DNA of 64,000 nt from Mobula hypostoma (taxonomy: Eukaryota), in contig NC_086108.1 in assembly GCF_963921235.1 (NCBI RefSeq), forward strand, positions 73,038,001-73,102,000, read 5' to 3'. The position numbers and the translations under genes were made by a program. Below, one piece after another: positions 35,903-50,529 of the stretch (position 1 is its first letter; each line of letters starts with the position of its first letter). Under the pieces are notes generated by a model, which saw only the letters and a list, made by a program, of their open reading frames with translations, ran no database searches and was not told the DNA's origin.

Positions 35903-37355
35903 CACAAAATGCAGGAGGGACTCAGAAGGTCATGCAGCATCTGTGGAAATGAATAAACAGTTGATATTTCAGGCCGCGAATCTTTTTCAGGACTGAAAAA
36001 GAACTGGGAAGATAACTGAATAAAAAGATAGGGGGAGGGGAAGGTACACCAGTTAGAAGCTGACAAGTAGGAGGGGCACCAGGGGGAGGTGATAGGCAGG
36101 CGAGGAGAAGTGGTAAGAGGCCAGAATGGGGAATAGAAGAAGAGAGAATGTGGAGAGGAAAAGAAAAATATTGGAAGGAAAAATTGATGTTCATGCAGTC
36201 AGGTTGGGGGCTACTTAGGTGGAATAGGAGATGTTGCTCCGCCATCTTGAGAGTGGCCTTATCATGGCAAAATAGGAGGCCATGGACTGACATGTTGGAA
36301 CTCGAATGGAGATAAGAATTAAAATGGCTGGCCAATGGGAAATTCTGCTTTTAGTGGATGGAGCTGAGGTGCTTGTTAAAGCAATCCCCCAATGTACATC
36401 AGGCCTTACAACTCCTTAGTTTTAGATTTAGATCTAGATTATGAGGACACGCAGTCCTCATTTATTGTCATTAGTAATGCATGCATTAAGAAATGATACA
36501 ATGTTCCTCCAGTGTGACATCACAGAAACACAAGACAGACCAAGACTGAAAAACTGACAAAAACCACATAATTATAACATATAGTTACAACAGTGCAAAG
36601 CAATACCATAATTTGATAAAGAACAGACCATGGGCACGGTAAAAAAAAAGTTTCAAAGTCTCTCAAAAGTCCCATCATCTCACGCAGATGGTAGAAGGAA
36701 GAAAAACTCTGTCTGCCATGAACCTCCAGAGCTGGGAAGGCACATTAGGAGCACCAGATGCAATAGATGACCCCAACAAGTGTTGCCTCACTTGGAAGGA
36801 CTGTTTGGGGCCCACAATGGAGGCATGGAGGTAGGAGAGGAGGTAACTAATCAAGTGTAGCATATCTGCCGCTTGCAGGAATATGAACCAGCAGGGAAAT
36901 TAGTGGGGAGGGATGAATGGACAAGGGGATCACAGAGGGAGCAAACACTGTGGGGGGGGGGTGGTGGTGGGAGGTAAAAATGTGTTTGGTGGTAGTACCT
37001 TCCGACCATCTTCAACTTCCGCCATCTTCAATGGGATCCTATCGCCAAACACATCTTTACCCTAGTGCCCCTCCTTCTATCTTTTCTCCCATGGTCCATG
37101 CTGCTATTCAATTCGATTTTTTCTTCTCCATCCCTTTACCTTTCCCATCCACCTTGCTTCACCTATCACCTTCTAGCTAGTCCTCCCTCCGTCCCCGCAC
37201 CTTTTTATGCCAGTGCCTTCCCCTTTCCTTCCCAGTCCAAAAGAAAGATCTTTGTTGAAATGCTGACTGTTTACTTATTTCCATAGATGCTAAATTCTTC
37301 CAGCATTTTGCATGTGATGCTCTGGATTTCCAGCATCTGCAGAATCTCTTGTGTT
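35903..37355. mobile_element. Older inverted Penelope-like element (minus arm to about 37000, plus arm about 37000-37355)
   Basis: ASHFNS..HS.SNMSVHGLL; decayed hammerheads at about 35960-35995 (-) and 37232-37270 (+); flanks tatctccatat (35891) / tatcttcatat (37356). Confidence 0.8.
36421..36730 (-). mobile_element. Short retroelement with (TCTAA)-type tail nested in the Penelope-like element
   Basis: Near-identical to 3697-3868. Confidence 0.7.
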
Positions 37356-38412
37356 TATCTTCATATACATTCTATAGATCACTTAAAAACTCTGATAAGC
37401 TTCAATGAAATCATTTTTCCTTTTTCTAATTCTGCTAAAGAATACAGGCCTCATCCATGAAAACCTGCCATCCCAATAACCAGACTATGAACCCTTGTTG
37501 CACTCCCTCCATTGTAAGTGCATTCCTTTTTGGATGAGGAGACCAAAACTGTGCATAGTTATCCAGGTTCAGTCTCAGAGCTGCCCTGGTTAATTGGGTT
37601 AATTGCAGTAACAGACTCCATGATTCCGTGTTAGCTCCATGATGAAGCTAACAATCCCAATTTGGGGTCTCTCAGAAAAAGCAAAAATACCATGAAAATC
37701 AATGTCTGAGATCCAATATTCTTTACACACAAAAATTCTTCCATTATACTTTATCCTATCACTTTTACAATTCTATTTTGACACTGCTTATAAGCAATGA
37801 AAATTCAAATTTGTCCAACTTACCTCAATAGCCATGTAGTGGCAAATGTTGTCCTGTTTATTATGTGAATTTTCAAAGCTTGTCTGTAAATGATTCCTGT
37901 AGCCTCATGTGAATGAAGTTATTGGCAAATTATTGGCTGTCTTAGTTTACAGATCTATGGTGGCAAGGATTTCAAGTACGTTTATTATCAAAGAATGTAA
38001 GCAATATACAACTCTGAGATTTGTCTTCTCCACGGACAGGCACAAAATAAAGGGAACCATAGAACCCGTTCAAAGAAAATCATCAAACCCTCCATGCACC
38101 TCCAAACAGCATTAGGAAAGAACGAGCAAAAATACAGAATATTAAAACACAAAACCATAAAAATCCATATTCAGTTCACTATCTGTAGGAACCAGTGTAA
38201 AATGTCTTTTGTATGACACCTTTACAACCAACAGACAGAGAAGACTTTCATTTGAAAACTGAAATGTAACCCATGTCCCTGGGATGAGGGGACAAAAACT
38301 TTTGTTTCATTAAAACATTTATTGATTCTGATTACAGTAAATGTTATCAGTGAAAAATATTTAAGTCGTTAAGCTTCTATTTACAAAACAAATAACCAGA
38401 AATATTGGTTCA

Positions 38413-41400
38413 ACCATAAGACCAATAGACATAGGAGCACAATTAGACCATTCAGCCCATCGACTCTGCCTCGCCATTCCATCATGGGCTGATCCTGGAT
38501 CCCACTCATCCCCACACACCTGCCTTCTCATCACATGCTTTGATGCCGACCAATCAGGAAACTATCAATTTCTGCATTAAATATACCCACAGACTTGACC
38601 TCTACCGAAGTCTGTAGCAGAGCATTCCACAGATTCACTACTTTATGATCAAAAGACTTCTACCTTACTTCTGTTCTAAAACATCAGCCCTCAGTTTAGT
38701 GCACTCTAGGTCTGGATACCCCCACCAGAGGAAATATCATCTTCACCTCCACCCTATCTAGTCCTTTCAACATTTGGTAGATTTCAATGAGATCCCAAAG
38801 CCTTCCTCTAAATTCCAGTGAGTACAGGCCCAAAGCTGCCAAATGGGCCTCATATATTAACCCTTCATTCCCAGAATTATCCTCATGAACCTAATTTAGA
38901 CTCTATCCAATGACAACACATCCTTTCTGAGATATGAGGCCCCAAACTGTTGACAATACTCCAAGTGCATCCTGACTAGTATCTTATAAAGCATTAACTC
39001 CTTGCTTTTATGTTTTATTTCTCTTGAAATAAATGCCAACGTTGCATTTGTCTTCTTTACCAGAGACTCACCCTGTAAATTAACCTTCTGGGAGCCTTGC
39101 ACAAGGACTCCTAGGTCCCTCTGATTATTAAACCTTCTCCTCATTTAGATAATAGTCCGCACTATTGTTCCTTTTACCAACATCCATTATTGTACATTTC
39201 CCAACACTGTATTCCATCTCCCACCTTTTTGCCCATTCTTCTAATTTGTCTGTCCCACTACAGTTGCATTGCTTCCTCAGCACTACCTACCCCTCCACCT
39301 ATCTTCGTATCATCTGCAAACTTTGCCAAAAAGCCATTAATTCTATTATCCAAATCATTGACAAGCAATGTGAAAAATAACGGTCCCAATTCTGACTGCT
39401 GAAGAACACTACTTGTCACTAGCAGCCAACCAGAAAAGACCCCCTTTACTCCCATTTGCTACCTCCTGCCTATCAGCCATTCCTCTATCCATGCCAGTAC
39501 CTTTCCTGTAACAGCATAGGATTTTATCTTGTTAAGCAGCCTCATGTGTGGCACCTTATCAAATGCCTTCCGAAAATCCAAGTAAATGACAACCACTGCC
39601 TCTCCTTTGTCCACCCTGCTTGTTACTTCCTTGAAGAACTGTAACATATTTGTCAGGCAACATTTCCATTCACAGAAACCATGTTGATTTTGACTTTTTT
39701 TTATCATTAGCCTCCAAGTACCCCGAAACCTCTTCCTTAATAATGAACTCCAACACTTCCCCAGCCACTGAGGTTGAGCTAACTGGCCTATAATTTTCTT
39801 TTTTGGCTTTCCCCCCTTTCTTAAGAGTGGAGTGACAATTGCAATTTTCCAGTCCTCCAGGACCATGCCAGAGTCAAGTGATTCTTGAAAGATCATAAAC
39901 AAAGCATCCGTTATCTCTTCAGCAAACTCTCTCAAGACTCTGGAATGTAGTCTGTCTGATTCATGTGACTAATCCACCTTATGTTCTCTGAGTTTGCCAA
40001 GCACTTTTTCCTTTTTAGTAGAAATGGCACTCACTCCTGCTCCCTGGCATGGACCTCTGGCACACTGCTAATGTCTTCCACAGTGAAGACTGATGCAAAG
40101 TACCCATTAAGTTCATCTGCCATTTCTTTGCCCCCATTACTACCTCACAGGATTATTTTCCAGTGGTCCAATATCAACTCTCACCTCCCATTTACTCTTT
40201 ACTCAATGGCACGAGTTTCTGGGAAAAGTGAGGAAGGTGCAGCATAGATGTGTTCCAAAAATGAAGAAATCCTCAAATGGTGAAATAGAACAACTGTGGC
40301 TGATAAGGGAATTCAAAGCTAATTTTAAAGGCAAAAGATAGGAAATACAGCAAAGCAAAAATTAGTGGGAAGAGAGATTATTGTGAAGCTTTTAAAACCC
40401 TACAGGGAGCAAATAAAAGAATCATTACGAGGGAAAAGATGGAATATGAAAGCAACAATATCAACGTGGATAGTAAAAGCTTTTTCAAATATGTAGAAAA
40501 TAGAAAGATGAGAGTGGATATAGGACTGTAAGAAAATAAGGCCGAAATAATAATGGGGGCAAGGAGAAGGCAGATGAACTAAGTGAGTACTTTGCATCAG
40601 TCTTCACTTTGGAAGACACTAGCAGTGTGCCAGATGTTGAAGGATGTGAAGGAAGAGAAGTGAGTGGAATTTCTATTACTAGGGGAAGGTGTTGAAAAAT
40701 CTGAAAAACCTAAAGGTACACAAGTCACCCGGACCAGATGAATTGCACCCTAAGGTTTTGAAAGAGGTAGCTGTGGAGACTGTGCAGGCATTAGTAATGA
40801 TCTTTCAAAAATCATTGGACCAGTTGGGTGTATTTAATCATGATGGCAGTGGACTGGAAAATTGCAAATGTCATTCCACTCTTTAAGAAAGGTGGAAGAA
40901 AGCAGAAAGGAAATTATAGACCAATTAGCCTGACCTCAGTGGTTGGAAAGATGTAGGAGTCAATTGTTAAGGATGAGGTTATGGACTACTTCGTGACACA
41001 GGACAAGGTAGATAAAGAGGATGCAGTGGATGTTGGGTATTTGAACTTTCAGACGGCCTTGACAAGGTGCCACAAATAAGGCTACTTACCAAGTTAGGAG
41101 TCCATGGTATTACAAGAAAGTTACTGGCATTGTTAGAGCATTGGCTGATTGGTAGGAGGCAGCAAGAGGGAATAAAAGGATCCTTTTCTGGTTAGTTGCT
41201 AGTGACTAGTGGCTGTCAGGGGTCGGTGTTGGGATCGCTTCTTTTTATGCTGTATACTAATGATTTAGATGATGAAATAGATGGCTTTGTTGCCAAGTTT
41301 GCAGATGATACAAAAATTTGTGGAGGGGCAGATAGTGTTGAGGAAACAGGTAGGCTGCTGAAGGACTTAATCGGATTAGGAGAATGGGCAAGAGAGTGGC

Positions 41401-42290
41401 AAATGAAATACAATGTTGGAAAATGCATGGGTCATGCACTTTTGTAGTAGAAATAAATATGCAGACTATTTTCTAAACAGGGAGAAAACCAACAATTCTG
41501 AGATGCAAAGGGGTTTGTGAGTCTTTATGCAGAACACCCTAAAAGTTAACTTGCAGGTTGAGTCAGTAGTGAGGAAGGCAAATGAAATGTTAGCATTCAT
41601 TTCAAGTGGTGTAGAATACAAGAGCAGGGATGTGATGCTGAGGCTTTATAAGGCAATAGTGAGGCTCCACCTTGAGTAATGTGAACAGTTTTAGGCTGAT
41701 CATCTAAGAAAAGTTATGCTGGCATCGGAGAGGGTTCAGAGGAGGTTCACAAGGATGATTCTGGGAATGAAAGGGTTATCATATGAGGAACATTTGATGT
41801 TTCTGGGTCTGTAATTTAGAAGGATGAGGGGGGATCTCATTGAAACCTTTCGAATGTTGCAATGCCTAGACAGAATAGATGTGGAAAGAATGTTCCCATG
41901 ATGGGGCAATCTAGGTCAAGAGGGCACAGCCTCGGGATAGAGGGGCATCCACTTAAAACAAGGTGCGAAGAAATTTCATTAGCCAGAGGGTGGTGAATTT
42001 GTGGAATTTATTACCACAGGCAGCTGTGGAGGCCAGGTTGTTTGGTGTATTTAGGGTAGAACTTGATCGGTTCTTGATTGGATAGCATCAAAGGTTATGG
42101 GTAGATAGCTAGGCAGTGGGGCTGAAGAGGGGAAAAAAGGATCAGCCATGATTGAATGGTGAAGCAGACTCGATGGGCCAAGTGGCCTAATTCTGCTCGT
42201 ATGTCTGATGGTCTTATGATCTTTATATGACTGAAAAAACTTTTAGTATCCTGCTTTTATATTATTTTTATATTATGGTTAGCAAGAACT
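38413..42290 (-). mobile_element. CR1 LINE (3' end at 38413) interrupted at about 40204 by an antisense CR1
   Basis: YLDFRKAFDKVPH.RLL, AKFADDTKIGG; host sequence resumes at about 42221 (ctttatatgactgaaaaaacttttagtatcc). Confidence 0.85.
40205..42220 (+). mobile_element. CR1 LINE ORF2 3' half with 3' UTR
   Basis: KSPGPD.LHP.VLKE, QGSVLG, AKFADDTKI; tail tctgatggtcttatgatctt. Confidence 0.88.
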
Positions 42291-43379
42291 AGCCTTGATG
42301 ACATAATAGATAAATATTAATCTTAAATAAATAACAATATTTATCTTATTCCAGAGCATTGCATCTGGGATGAAACAAAACCACAGTCAGAAAATATTGA
42401 TTCCTGCAGTGAACTATCAATGGGAGCTTTCTGGAATTAATGCTAACACTGTGCATGATTATTACATAATAAATCTCTGGAACACTCTACCCAAATTGGA
42501 CTTCAGATTTTACATTTGTGCTATGTTTTAAGAACATGTTTATTTAATGTGACACAACATAAAAACTGACAATAGTCAATAAAATACCAAAAATATACAG
42601 CGCGATTCACATTTCAGCCCATCTACAGCAGAATGCAAAGAGGGGATGAATGTTTCTCAATAGATCTTTTTCCAGTGATAGTTTCTTCCAATGTCCTTTC
42701 CTTTGATAAATATGTAACTTTTATATATTAGTAAAACCAAATTTATTGGTGACAATGAACAATTGGGAACATTTTTATCAGGAGTTTTAAATAATATATA
42801 GCAAAGAAAAAGTGCATGTGGTCATTAGATCTTTTGTGATTGTTCATAATGTTAAGAACACAATATATTTCACAAACAATAGTTGTCTAATTTTCTAAAA
42901 CTTACCCACATGGTTGGCGGTGGCATTAAATTACAAAGTGGTGAAAGGTCAAATATTGGTTCCAAAACCCAGCACTACAATAGACAATGTCATCAGGTTA
43001 AATCCACTGCCTTGTAATAAAAATAAACAAAATTCATTTTAGATTGTTATAGGAAAAGTATTGTCATTCAAATCCAAAAAAGCAATTAAACATTGTTTAT
43101 TTCTTAAAGAAATGGTTCAAATACACCTCACGGGGCAACACAGGAACGTTTAGATTAAAATAAGAGCACATCTCTAGCCTGTTTACCTTCTGATAGCCCT
43201 TCATCTGCATGATGCAATGATAAATGGAGTTGCTGATTATTATGGTCATTTAAGTTACAGGATACCTAGGCATGTAGAAAGGGTAAAAAGCTCTGTATTA
43301 GGAAGGACTGGAACATTTAAACTGAAAACCTCTTTCTACTAAGCATTTAGATAGCATGTTGTGTTTCCTTTGAAAGCAA

Positions 43380-45160
43380 GGCCTTTGACAAAGTCCCACA
43401 TGGGAGGTTGGTCAAGAAGGTTTAGTTGCTTGGTCTTCAGGATGAGGTAGTAAATTGGATTAGACGTCGGCTTTGTGGGAGAAGCCAGAGAGTGGAAGTA
43501 GATGGTTACATCTCTGTTTGGAAGGTTGTGAGAAATGGTGTACTGCAGGGATTGGTGTTGGGTCCATTGTTGTTTCTCATGTATATGCTATCAAAGCTTG
43601 CAAAGGGATCTGAACAGCTGAAAAATGGCAGGTGGAATTTAATGCAGACAAGTGTGAGGTGGTACACTTTAGGAGGACGGAACAGGGTAAACCTTACTCA
43701 TTGAGTGGTAGGGCAATGCAGAGAATAGAGGGATTTGGGAATATAGATTCATAATTCCCTGAAAGTGGTGTCACAACTAGATTGGATCATAAACAGAGCT
43801 TTTGGTATATTGGCCTTCATAAATCAAAGTACTGAGTGCAGGAGATGGGATGTTAAGTTGAAGTTGAATAAGATGTTAATGAGGGCTTTTTTGGAGTATT
43901 GTGTCAAGATCTGGTCACATAATTTACAGGAAAGATATCAATAAAATTGAAAGAATGTAGAGAAAATTTACAAAGGATGTTTCCAGGATTTGAGGACCAG
44001 AGTTATAGGGAAAGGTTGAATAGATTAGGACCCTATTCCCAAGAGTGTAGGAGAATAAGGGGAGGTTTGATAGAAGTATACAAAATTATGAGGAGTTTAG
44101 ATAAATTAAAGCAAGGAGGATTTTTTTCCACTGAGATTAGGCAAGACTAGAACTAGTCTTGTGCTAAGGGTGAAAGTTGAATTGTTTGAAGGGAGCATGA
44201 GGAGGATCATCTTCCCTCAATGGACGTTGAGAGTGTAGAACAAGCTGCCAGAGGAAGTGGTGGATTTCCTTTCAATTTCAAAACTTAGGAGAAATACGAA
44301 TAGGTAAAATGGGAGGGTTATAGAAACATAGAAACATAGAAACATAGAAAATAGGTGCAGGAGTAGGCCATTCGGCCCTTCGAGCCTGCACCGCCATTTA
44401 TTATGATCATGGCTGATCATCCAACTCAGAACCCAGCCTTCCCTCCATACCCCCTGACCCCTGAAGCCACAAGGGCCATATCTAACTTCCTTTTAAACAT
44501 AGCTAATGAACTGGCCTCAACAGTTTGCTGTGGCAGAGAATTCCACAGATTCACCACTCTCTGTGTGAAGAAGTTTTTCCTAACCTCGGTCCTAAAAGGC
44601 TTCCCCTCTATCCTCAAACTGTGACCCCTCGTTCTAGACCTCCCCAACATCGGGAACAATCTTCCTGCATCTAGCCTGTCCAATCCCTTTAGGATCTTAT
44701 ACGTTTCAATCAGATCCCCCCTCAATCTTCTAAATTCCAACGAGTACAAGCCCAGTTCATCCAGTCTTTCTTCATATGAAAGACCTGCCATCCCAGGAAT
44801 CAATCTGGTGAACCTTCTTTGTACTCCCTCTATGGCAAAGATGTCTTTCCTCAGATTAGGGGACCAAAACTGCACACAATACTCCAGGTGTGGTCTCACC
44901 AAGGCCTTGTACAACTGCAGTAGTACCTCCCTGCTCCTGTACTCGAATCCTCTCGCTATAAATGCCAGCATACCATTCGCCTTTTTCACCGCCTGCTGTA
45001 CCTGCATGCCCACTTTCAATGACTGGTGTATAATGACACCCAGGTCTCATTATGGAGTGGTATGGTCCAGGTGCAGGTCAATGGGACAAGGCAGATTAAT
45101 GGCTTGGCACAGACTCATTGGTTTGAAGGCCTCTTTCTGTGCTTTAGTGTTCTATGACTC
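43380..45160 (+). mobile_element. Old CR1 3' part split by a young CR1
   Basis: AFDKVPHGRL, GVLQGLVLGPLLF, RIRGGLIEVYKIMR; 3' UTR at 45054-45160. Confidence 0.8.
44322..45049 (-). mobile_element. Young CR1 family, 5'-truncated (copy 2); open 197-aa ORF2 C-terminus
   Basis: RPHLEYCVQFWSP..RGHSLRI..NFFTQRVVNLWNSLP; (TTTCTATG)n tail; ttat at 44318-44321 and 45050-45053. Confidence 0.92.
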
Positions 45161-46504
45161 TTTATACCATATAACAAATTATTTTCTGAAAAAGTATCTA
45201 TCTCATCTGGATTTCTATTTTTATCAACTCCCCAGGAAATCTGTTTTTTTTTACTTACTTATCACTCACTTCAGTAATGTAATTCTGGTAATATTCCTGC
45301 AGGTTGCTGACAGGCCTGTACTCACAACCCTTGGGGTTTCATTGGTCAATCAATCACACATCTATTTCAACTGCTTCTTCCTTCATTTTCAGAACCAGCC
45401 TTTTCGAAGGGCATACACAAATCCAAATGTTCCCCCATTTGTGGTATTGTCCTTTTCTGTAATATGACTTGATACAAAAAATAAAATTTTCTAGGTCAGC
45501 TGCATTTTACTGACTGGATCAGTCAAGAATCTTATGGAAAATATCAAGCTAGGTAGCTTCTGAAATAAAACCATTGGGTATTTTTTAAGCAATCATTATC
45601 TTGACAGATCACAAAGGTCGCAGGTGTGATTGCTGGATTAAACTGAATTAACTAAATTGGTTTGAGAGATACTAACACTGGAATTATTTTTAGCAGATGC
45701 AGCAGCATCTAACCGGCTGAAGATGAGCACAGATGTAGATCATTAGCTACATTGAGGTGACAGTACTGGGCATAATGGAACAATATTACTAACAGCTTGG
45801 TAAGTGACAGGGCTGAAATAATAGAAGTTAATGGTATCCTCATGCCTATTGCTCCTTCTCCCACGCCATTCCTCTCATCTTTCAAGCTCTTCTGATTTCT
45901 GAGCTACAGATTATGCAATTCTTACTTTCTTCCCTGCATCCTTGTACTTTGTGATAGCTAAGAACCTGGATCTTGTCAGATGGTAGCAGAATAAACAGAT
46001 TTTTATTTTCAAACTACTCATTTTCCAGGAGATGGGCAATGTTAACAAGGTAACCATCTATTGTCCATCCATGAATGGCCTTGAAGTCGTGATGGTGAGC
46101 CAGCCTGTTATGTGCAGCAGTCTTTCTGATAAAAGTCACCCACAACATTGATGGGTAGCGAGTTCCAGTTCTCAAATCGAACAAAATTTAAAGATTCAGT
46201 TATATATTCTCCTGCTATTATGTTGTGCGACTTGCAGGACAGCATGCAAGCATTGTAGTCTCCATGTGACTAAAACCACTTCTTTTCAGTGATGGAGGTT
46301 GCAGCTATGGAGGTGCAGCTGATTTAGCCGAGAGAAGTAAAGATCACATGATTTGTGCAGCCACAGTGCACCAGCGGTGTTGGAAAGCATTTGGAAAGGG
46401 AGTCATTTACTGAAGGATTCTCTGCTCCTGACCTGCTCATGTAGCTACAGTACTTCTGAGACAATCCAATTGGGTTTTCTCATCAATAGTAATCTTCAGG
46501 ATAT

Positions 46505-49500
46505 AGATCCTAAGATATAGGAGCAGAATTAGGCCATTTGTCCCATTGAGTCTGTTCTACCATTTGGTCGCGGCTGACTTATTTTCCCTCTCAGCCTCAC
46601 TGTCTTGCCTTCTCCCCATAATACCTGATTACCATAGCAATCAAGAACCTATCGAACTTTAAGTATATCCAGTGACTTACTTCCGCAGTTGTCTCTGGCA
46701 ATGAATTCCACAGATTCACCATCTTCTGACTAAAGAAAGTAATTTTCATCTCTGTTCTAAAAGGATTTACTTCTATTCATGGCCACAATGCCATCAATTC
46801 CATCATCCAGATTATTAATATATATCGCATAACACTGACCCCTGCGGAACACCACTGGTTGCCAACAGCCAAACAGAAAAGGCCCCTTATTTCCCCTGTC
46901 TGTCTTTTGCCAGTCAGTCAATCTTCTATAAATGCTAATATCTTTCCTGAAATAGCATGAGCCTTTATCCTGTTTAGCAAACTCATGTGCTGCACCTTTT
47001 CTAAAAGTCCAATTAAACAGTATCCATTGACCCTCCTTTGTCTATCCTGCTTGTTATTTCCTCAAAGAATTCCAACAGATTTATCAGGGAAGACTTACCC
47101 TTAAGGAAACAATGCTGACTTCAGTTTATTTTATCATGTGCCTCCAAGTGCCCCAAAACCTCATCCTTAATAATGAAATCCCTCCCTTCTTAAAGAGTGG
47201 AGTGATACTTATGATTTTCTAGTCTCTGGAACAACTCCAGGACCAGTGATTCTTGAAAGATAACTTCTAATACCTCCACAATCTCTTCAGCTACCCGTTT
47301 CAGAACCCTGGTTTGTAGTCTATCTGGTCCAGGTGGCTTACCTACCTTCAAATCTTTCAGCTTCTCAAACATCTTCTCTTTAGTAATAGCAACTAGACTG
47401 TCCTCTTTCACCTGACACTTTCAAACTTCTAGCATGCTGCTGGCATCTTCCATAGTGAAGACACAAAATACTTATTCAGTTTGTCCGCTATTTCTTAGTT
47501 CTCCATTACTTCCTCTCCGCTGTCATTTTCCAGCGGACTGATGTCCACTGTTGCCTCTCTATATATATCTGAAAAACCTTTTGTTATCTTCTTTTATATG
47601 ATTGTCTAACATGTCTTCATATTTAATCTATTCTCTCCTTATTGCTTTCTTAGTTGTCCTTGGTTAGTTTTTAAAAGCTTCCCAGTCCTCTATCTTGCTG
47701 TAATATTATTCTATATTGTATATCCACTCTTTTGTTTTTATGTTGTCTTTGACTTCACTTATCAGCCACAGTTGACTCATATTTTCTTTAAAATGCTTCT
47801 TCTTCATTGGGAAGAACTGATCCTGCATCTTCCAAATTATTCCCAGAAATTCCGGCCATTGCTGTTCTGCCATTGTCCCTGCTAGTGTCCCCTTCCAATC
47901 AACATTGGCCAGATCCTCTATTATGCCTCTATAGTTGCCTTTACTCAACTGAAATCCCTCTCAAACTTAAGGTAAAGGGTTTACTTACCCTAAGCTCCCT
48001 TATCAAATCTGGTTCATTAGTCAACACCCAATCCAGAATAGCCTTTACCCTGGTGTGCTCAACCACAATCTGTTCTAAAAAGCAATCACATAGGCGTTTT
48101 ACAAATTCCTTCTCTTGGGATCCAGCCCTAACCTGATTTTTCCAATCTACCAGCATATTAAAATCCCCCATGACTATCATAATATTACCCTTTTAGCATG
48201 TCTTTTCTATCTCCCATTATAATTTGTATACCACATAAAGGTTACTGTTCGGAGGCCCATATATAACTCTCATCAGAGTCTTTTTCACCTTTGCAATTTC
48301 TTAACTCTACCCACAAGGGTTCTACATCTTTTGATCCTATGTCACTTATTTCTAAGGATTTTATTTTATTTTTACCAACAAAGCCACCCTACCACCTCTG
48401 CCCACTACCCTGTCCTTTCAAAACAACGTGTATACTTGAATGTTAAGCTCCCAGCTGTGATCTTCTTTCAGCTACAACTCTGTGATGCCCACAACGTTAT
48501 ACCCACCTATTTATAATTGTGCTACAAACTCAAATACATCATTATGTATACTGCATGCATTCAAATATAACAACTTCAATCCTCTATTCACCACTCATAA
48601 TTTCAAATTTGTCTCCATGTTGCTTATATCTTTAAGAAGCCTTTCTAAACTTTCTGTTGTATTCTTTATTCTGAAGACTTCAGTAACCTCTCCTGCATCC
48701 ACCTTCCCGTTTACTTTATCCATATTTTCTCAACTGTTGACCCCCCCAACTATTTAGTTTAAAGCCCTATTCACAGCCCTAGTTATGTGGCTTGCCAGGA
48801 TCCTGGTCACAGCTTGGCTCATCTGAACTGCTCCCTCCTTCCCCAATACTGGTGTCAATGTCCCACAAATTCAAGCCCACTTCTCCTACAGGAATCTTTG
48901 AGCCACACATTTAACTCTCTGATTTTATTAACCCTGTGTCAATTGGCATGTTGCTAAGGTAGCAATTACCTTAATGGTTTTCTGTTTTTATTTAGTCCCT
49001 AGCTGCTCAAACTCCCTCAGAAGACTGCTTCCCTGGTCCTAACTATATTGGTGGTAAACACATGGACTATAACTGTATCTTTCCCTCCTCTGCAGGTCAG
49101 ATGAGATATCCTGAACTTGAGCACCAGACAGACAACATACCCTTCAGAACTCATGATCCTTGTGAAAGAGAATTGTATCTATTGTCCTGAGTATACAATC
49201 CCTAGTTACAACTATATTTCTTTTCTCTCTCCCCTCTTGAGTGGTTCCCTGAACCAAGTGCTACAGCTAGTTGCTCATCCTTCCTACAGCCCCTACGCAT
49301 ATTCTCACAGGGAGCAACAATCTGGCACCTGCTGGGTTTGCTCAAGGGCTGAGGCTCCTCCAGCACTACCCCTCGAATCCCCTTTCCTGTCTCACCTGCA
49401 GTTACACCCTCTTGTCCCTGGCCACAGACTGAATCTGAAGTTGTGCGTCTAATGGATATGCCTGCCTTCTGAGACGTGGTGTTCAGGTACCCTCCCCTTC

Positions 49501-49660
49501 CCTGCCGCATCACAGTGTTTGAAGTTCAGATTCCAGGTCATCATCTTTGAGTCTGAGTTGCCTAAGCAACCAAGACTGCTGCAGATGTGGACATCAGGAA
49601 CCATAGTGGGCCCACCTGGTCCCATGTCATGCAGATACAACACATCACCAGATCCTGCAT
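46505..49660 (-). mobile_element. Near full-span but decayed CR1 with ORF1 (esterase-like) remnant, APE domain and internal deletion in RT
   Basis: ORF1-like VVTRDCILRTID..RVCCLSGAQVQDIS; APE IVMGDFN..DW, AILDWVLTN; jump from the 3' region to mid-RT at about 46780. Confidence 0.8.
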
Positions 49661-50099
49661 GACTACTTCATTTAATTAATTGTAATTTGGTATCGTTTTT
49701 AGTCAACTACTATATTAAAAATATATATATAATGACGGAGGGGAACTCAGCAATGGTAATGCCATTGAATATCAAGGACAGTTTGACCCTTTTTCTGGCA
49801 TTTCATGTACTAATAAAGTATGTATACTTATCAGTCCAGGTCTAAAATTAATTTTGATCCTGCTACATATAGGCATGGTCTGCTTTATTTGTGAATGGAA
49901 TTTAACTTTCTGTACTTATCAGCAAACATCCTCCATTCCCACTTCTAACCGTATGATGGAAGGAAGGTCATTAATGAAACAGCTGAAGTCTGTCAAGATG
50001 AGGACACTACCCTGAGGTTGTCCTGCAGTGATTTCCTACAGCTGGAATGATTGACTTGCAACAATAAAAACCATTTTCTATTGTGCTAGGTATCACATC

Positions 50100-50462
50100 T
50101 GTAGATGTGAACTTCCCACTATTCAGGACATTTACAAAGACAGATGTGTAAAAAGAGCCCGAAGGATCATTGGGGACTCAAGTCACCCCAACCACAAACT
50201 GTTCCAGCTGCTGCTCCCTGGAAAATGGTACCACAAAAGCCAGGACCAACAGGCTCCGGGACAGCTTCTTCCACCAGGCCATCAGACTGGTTAATTCACA
50301 CTGATACAATCGTATTTCTATGTCACAAAGACTGTCCTGTTGTACATCTATTTATTACAAATTAATATAATTGCACATTGCACACTTAGAAACACAATGT
50401 AAAGGTTTTTAATCCTCATGTATGTGAAGGATGTAAGTAATAAAGTCAATTCAATTCAATTC
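50100..50462 (+). mobile_element. Rex1/Babar 3' end with (ATTCA)n tail
   Basis: HPNHKLFQLL..RLRDSFFHQAIRLVN. Confidence 0.8.
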
Positions 50463-50529
50463 CAACCATTGGATTATTTTGCCTTTGATGCCCATTGACT
50501 TTGGTGTCACCATGGCTCCTTTATCTACA

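Noticed and set aside
44808..45467. 219-aa plus-strand ORF
   Set aside because: Antisense frame of a young CR1 ORF2 running into unrelated flank; no protein signature.
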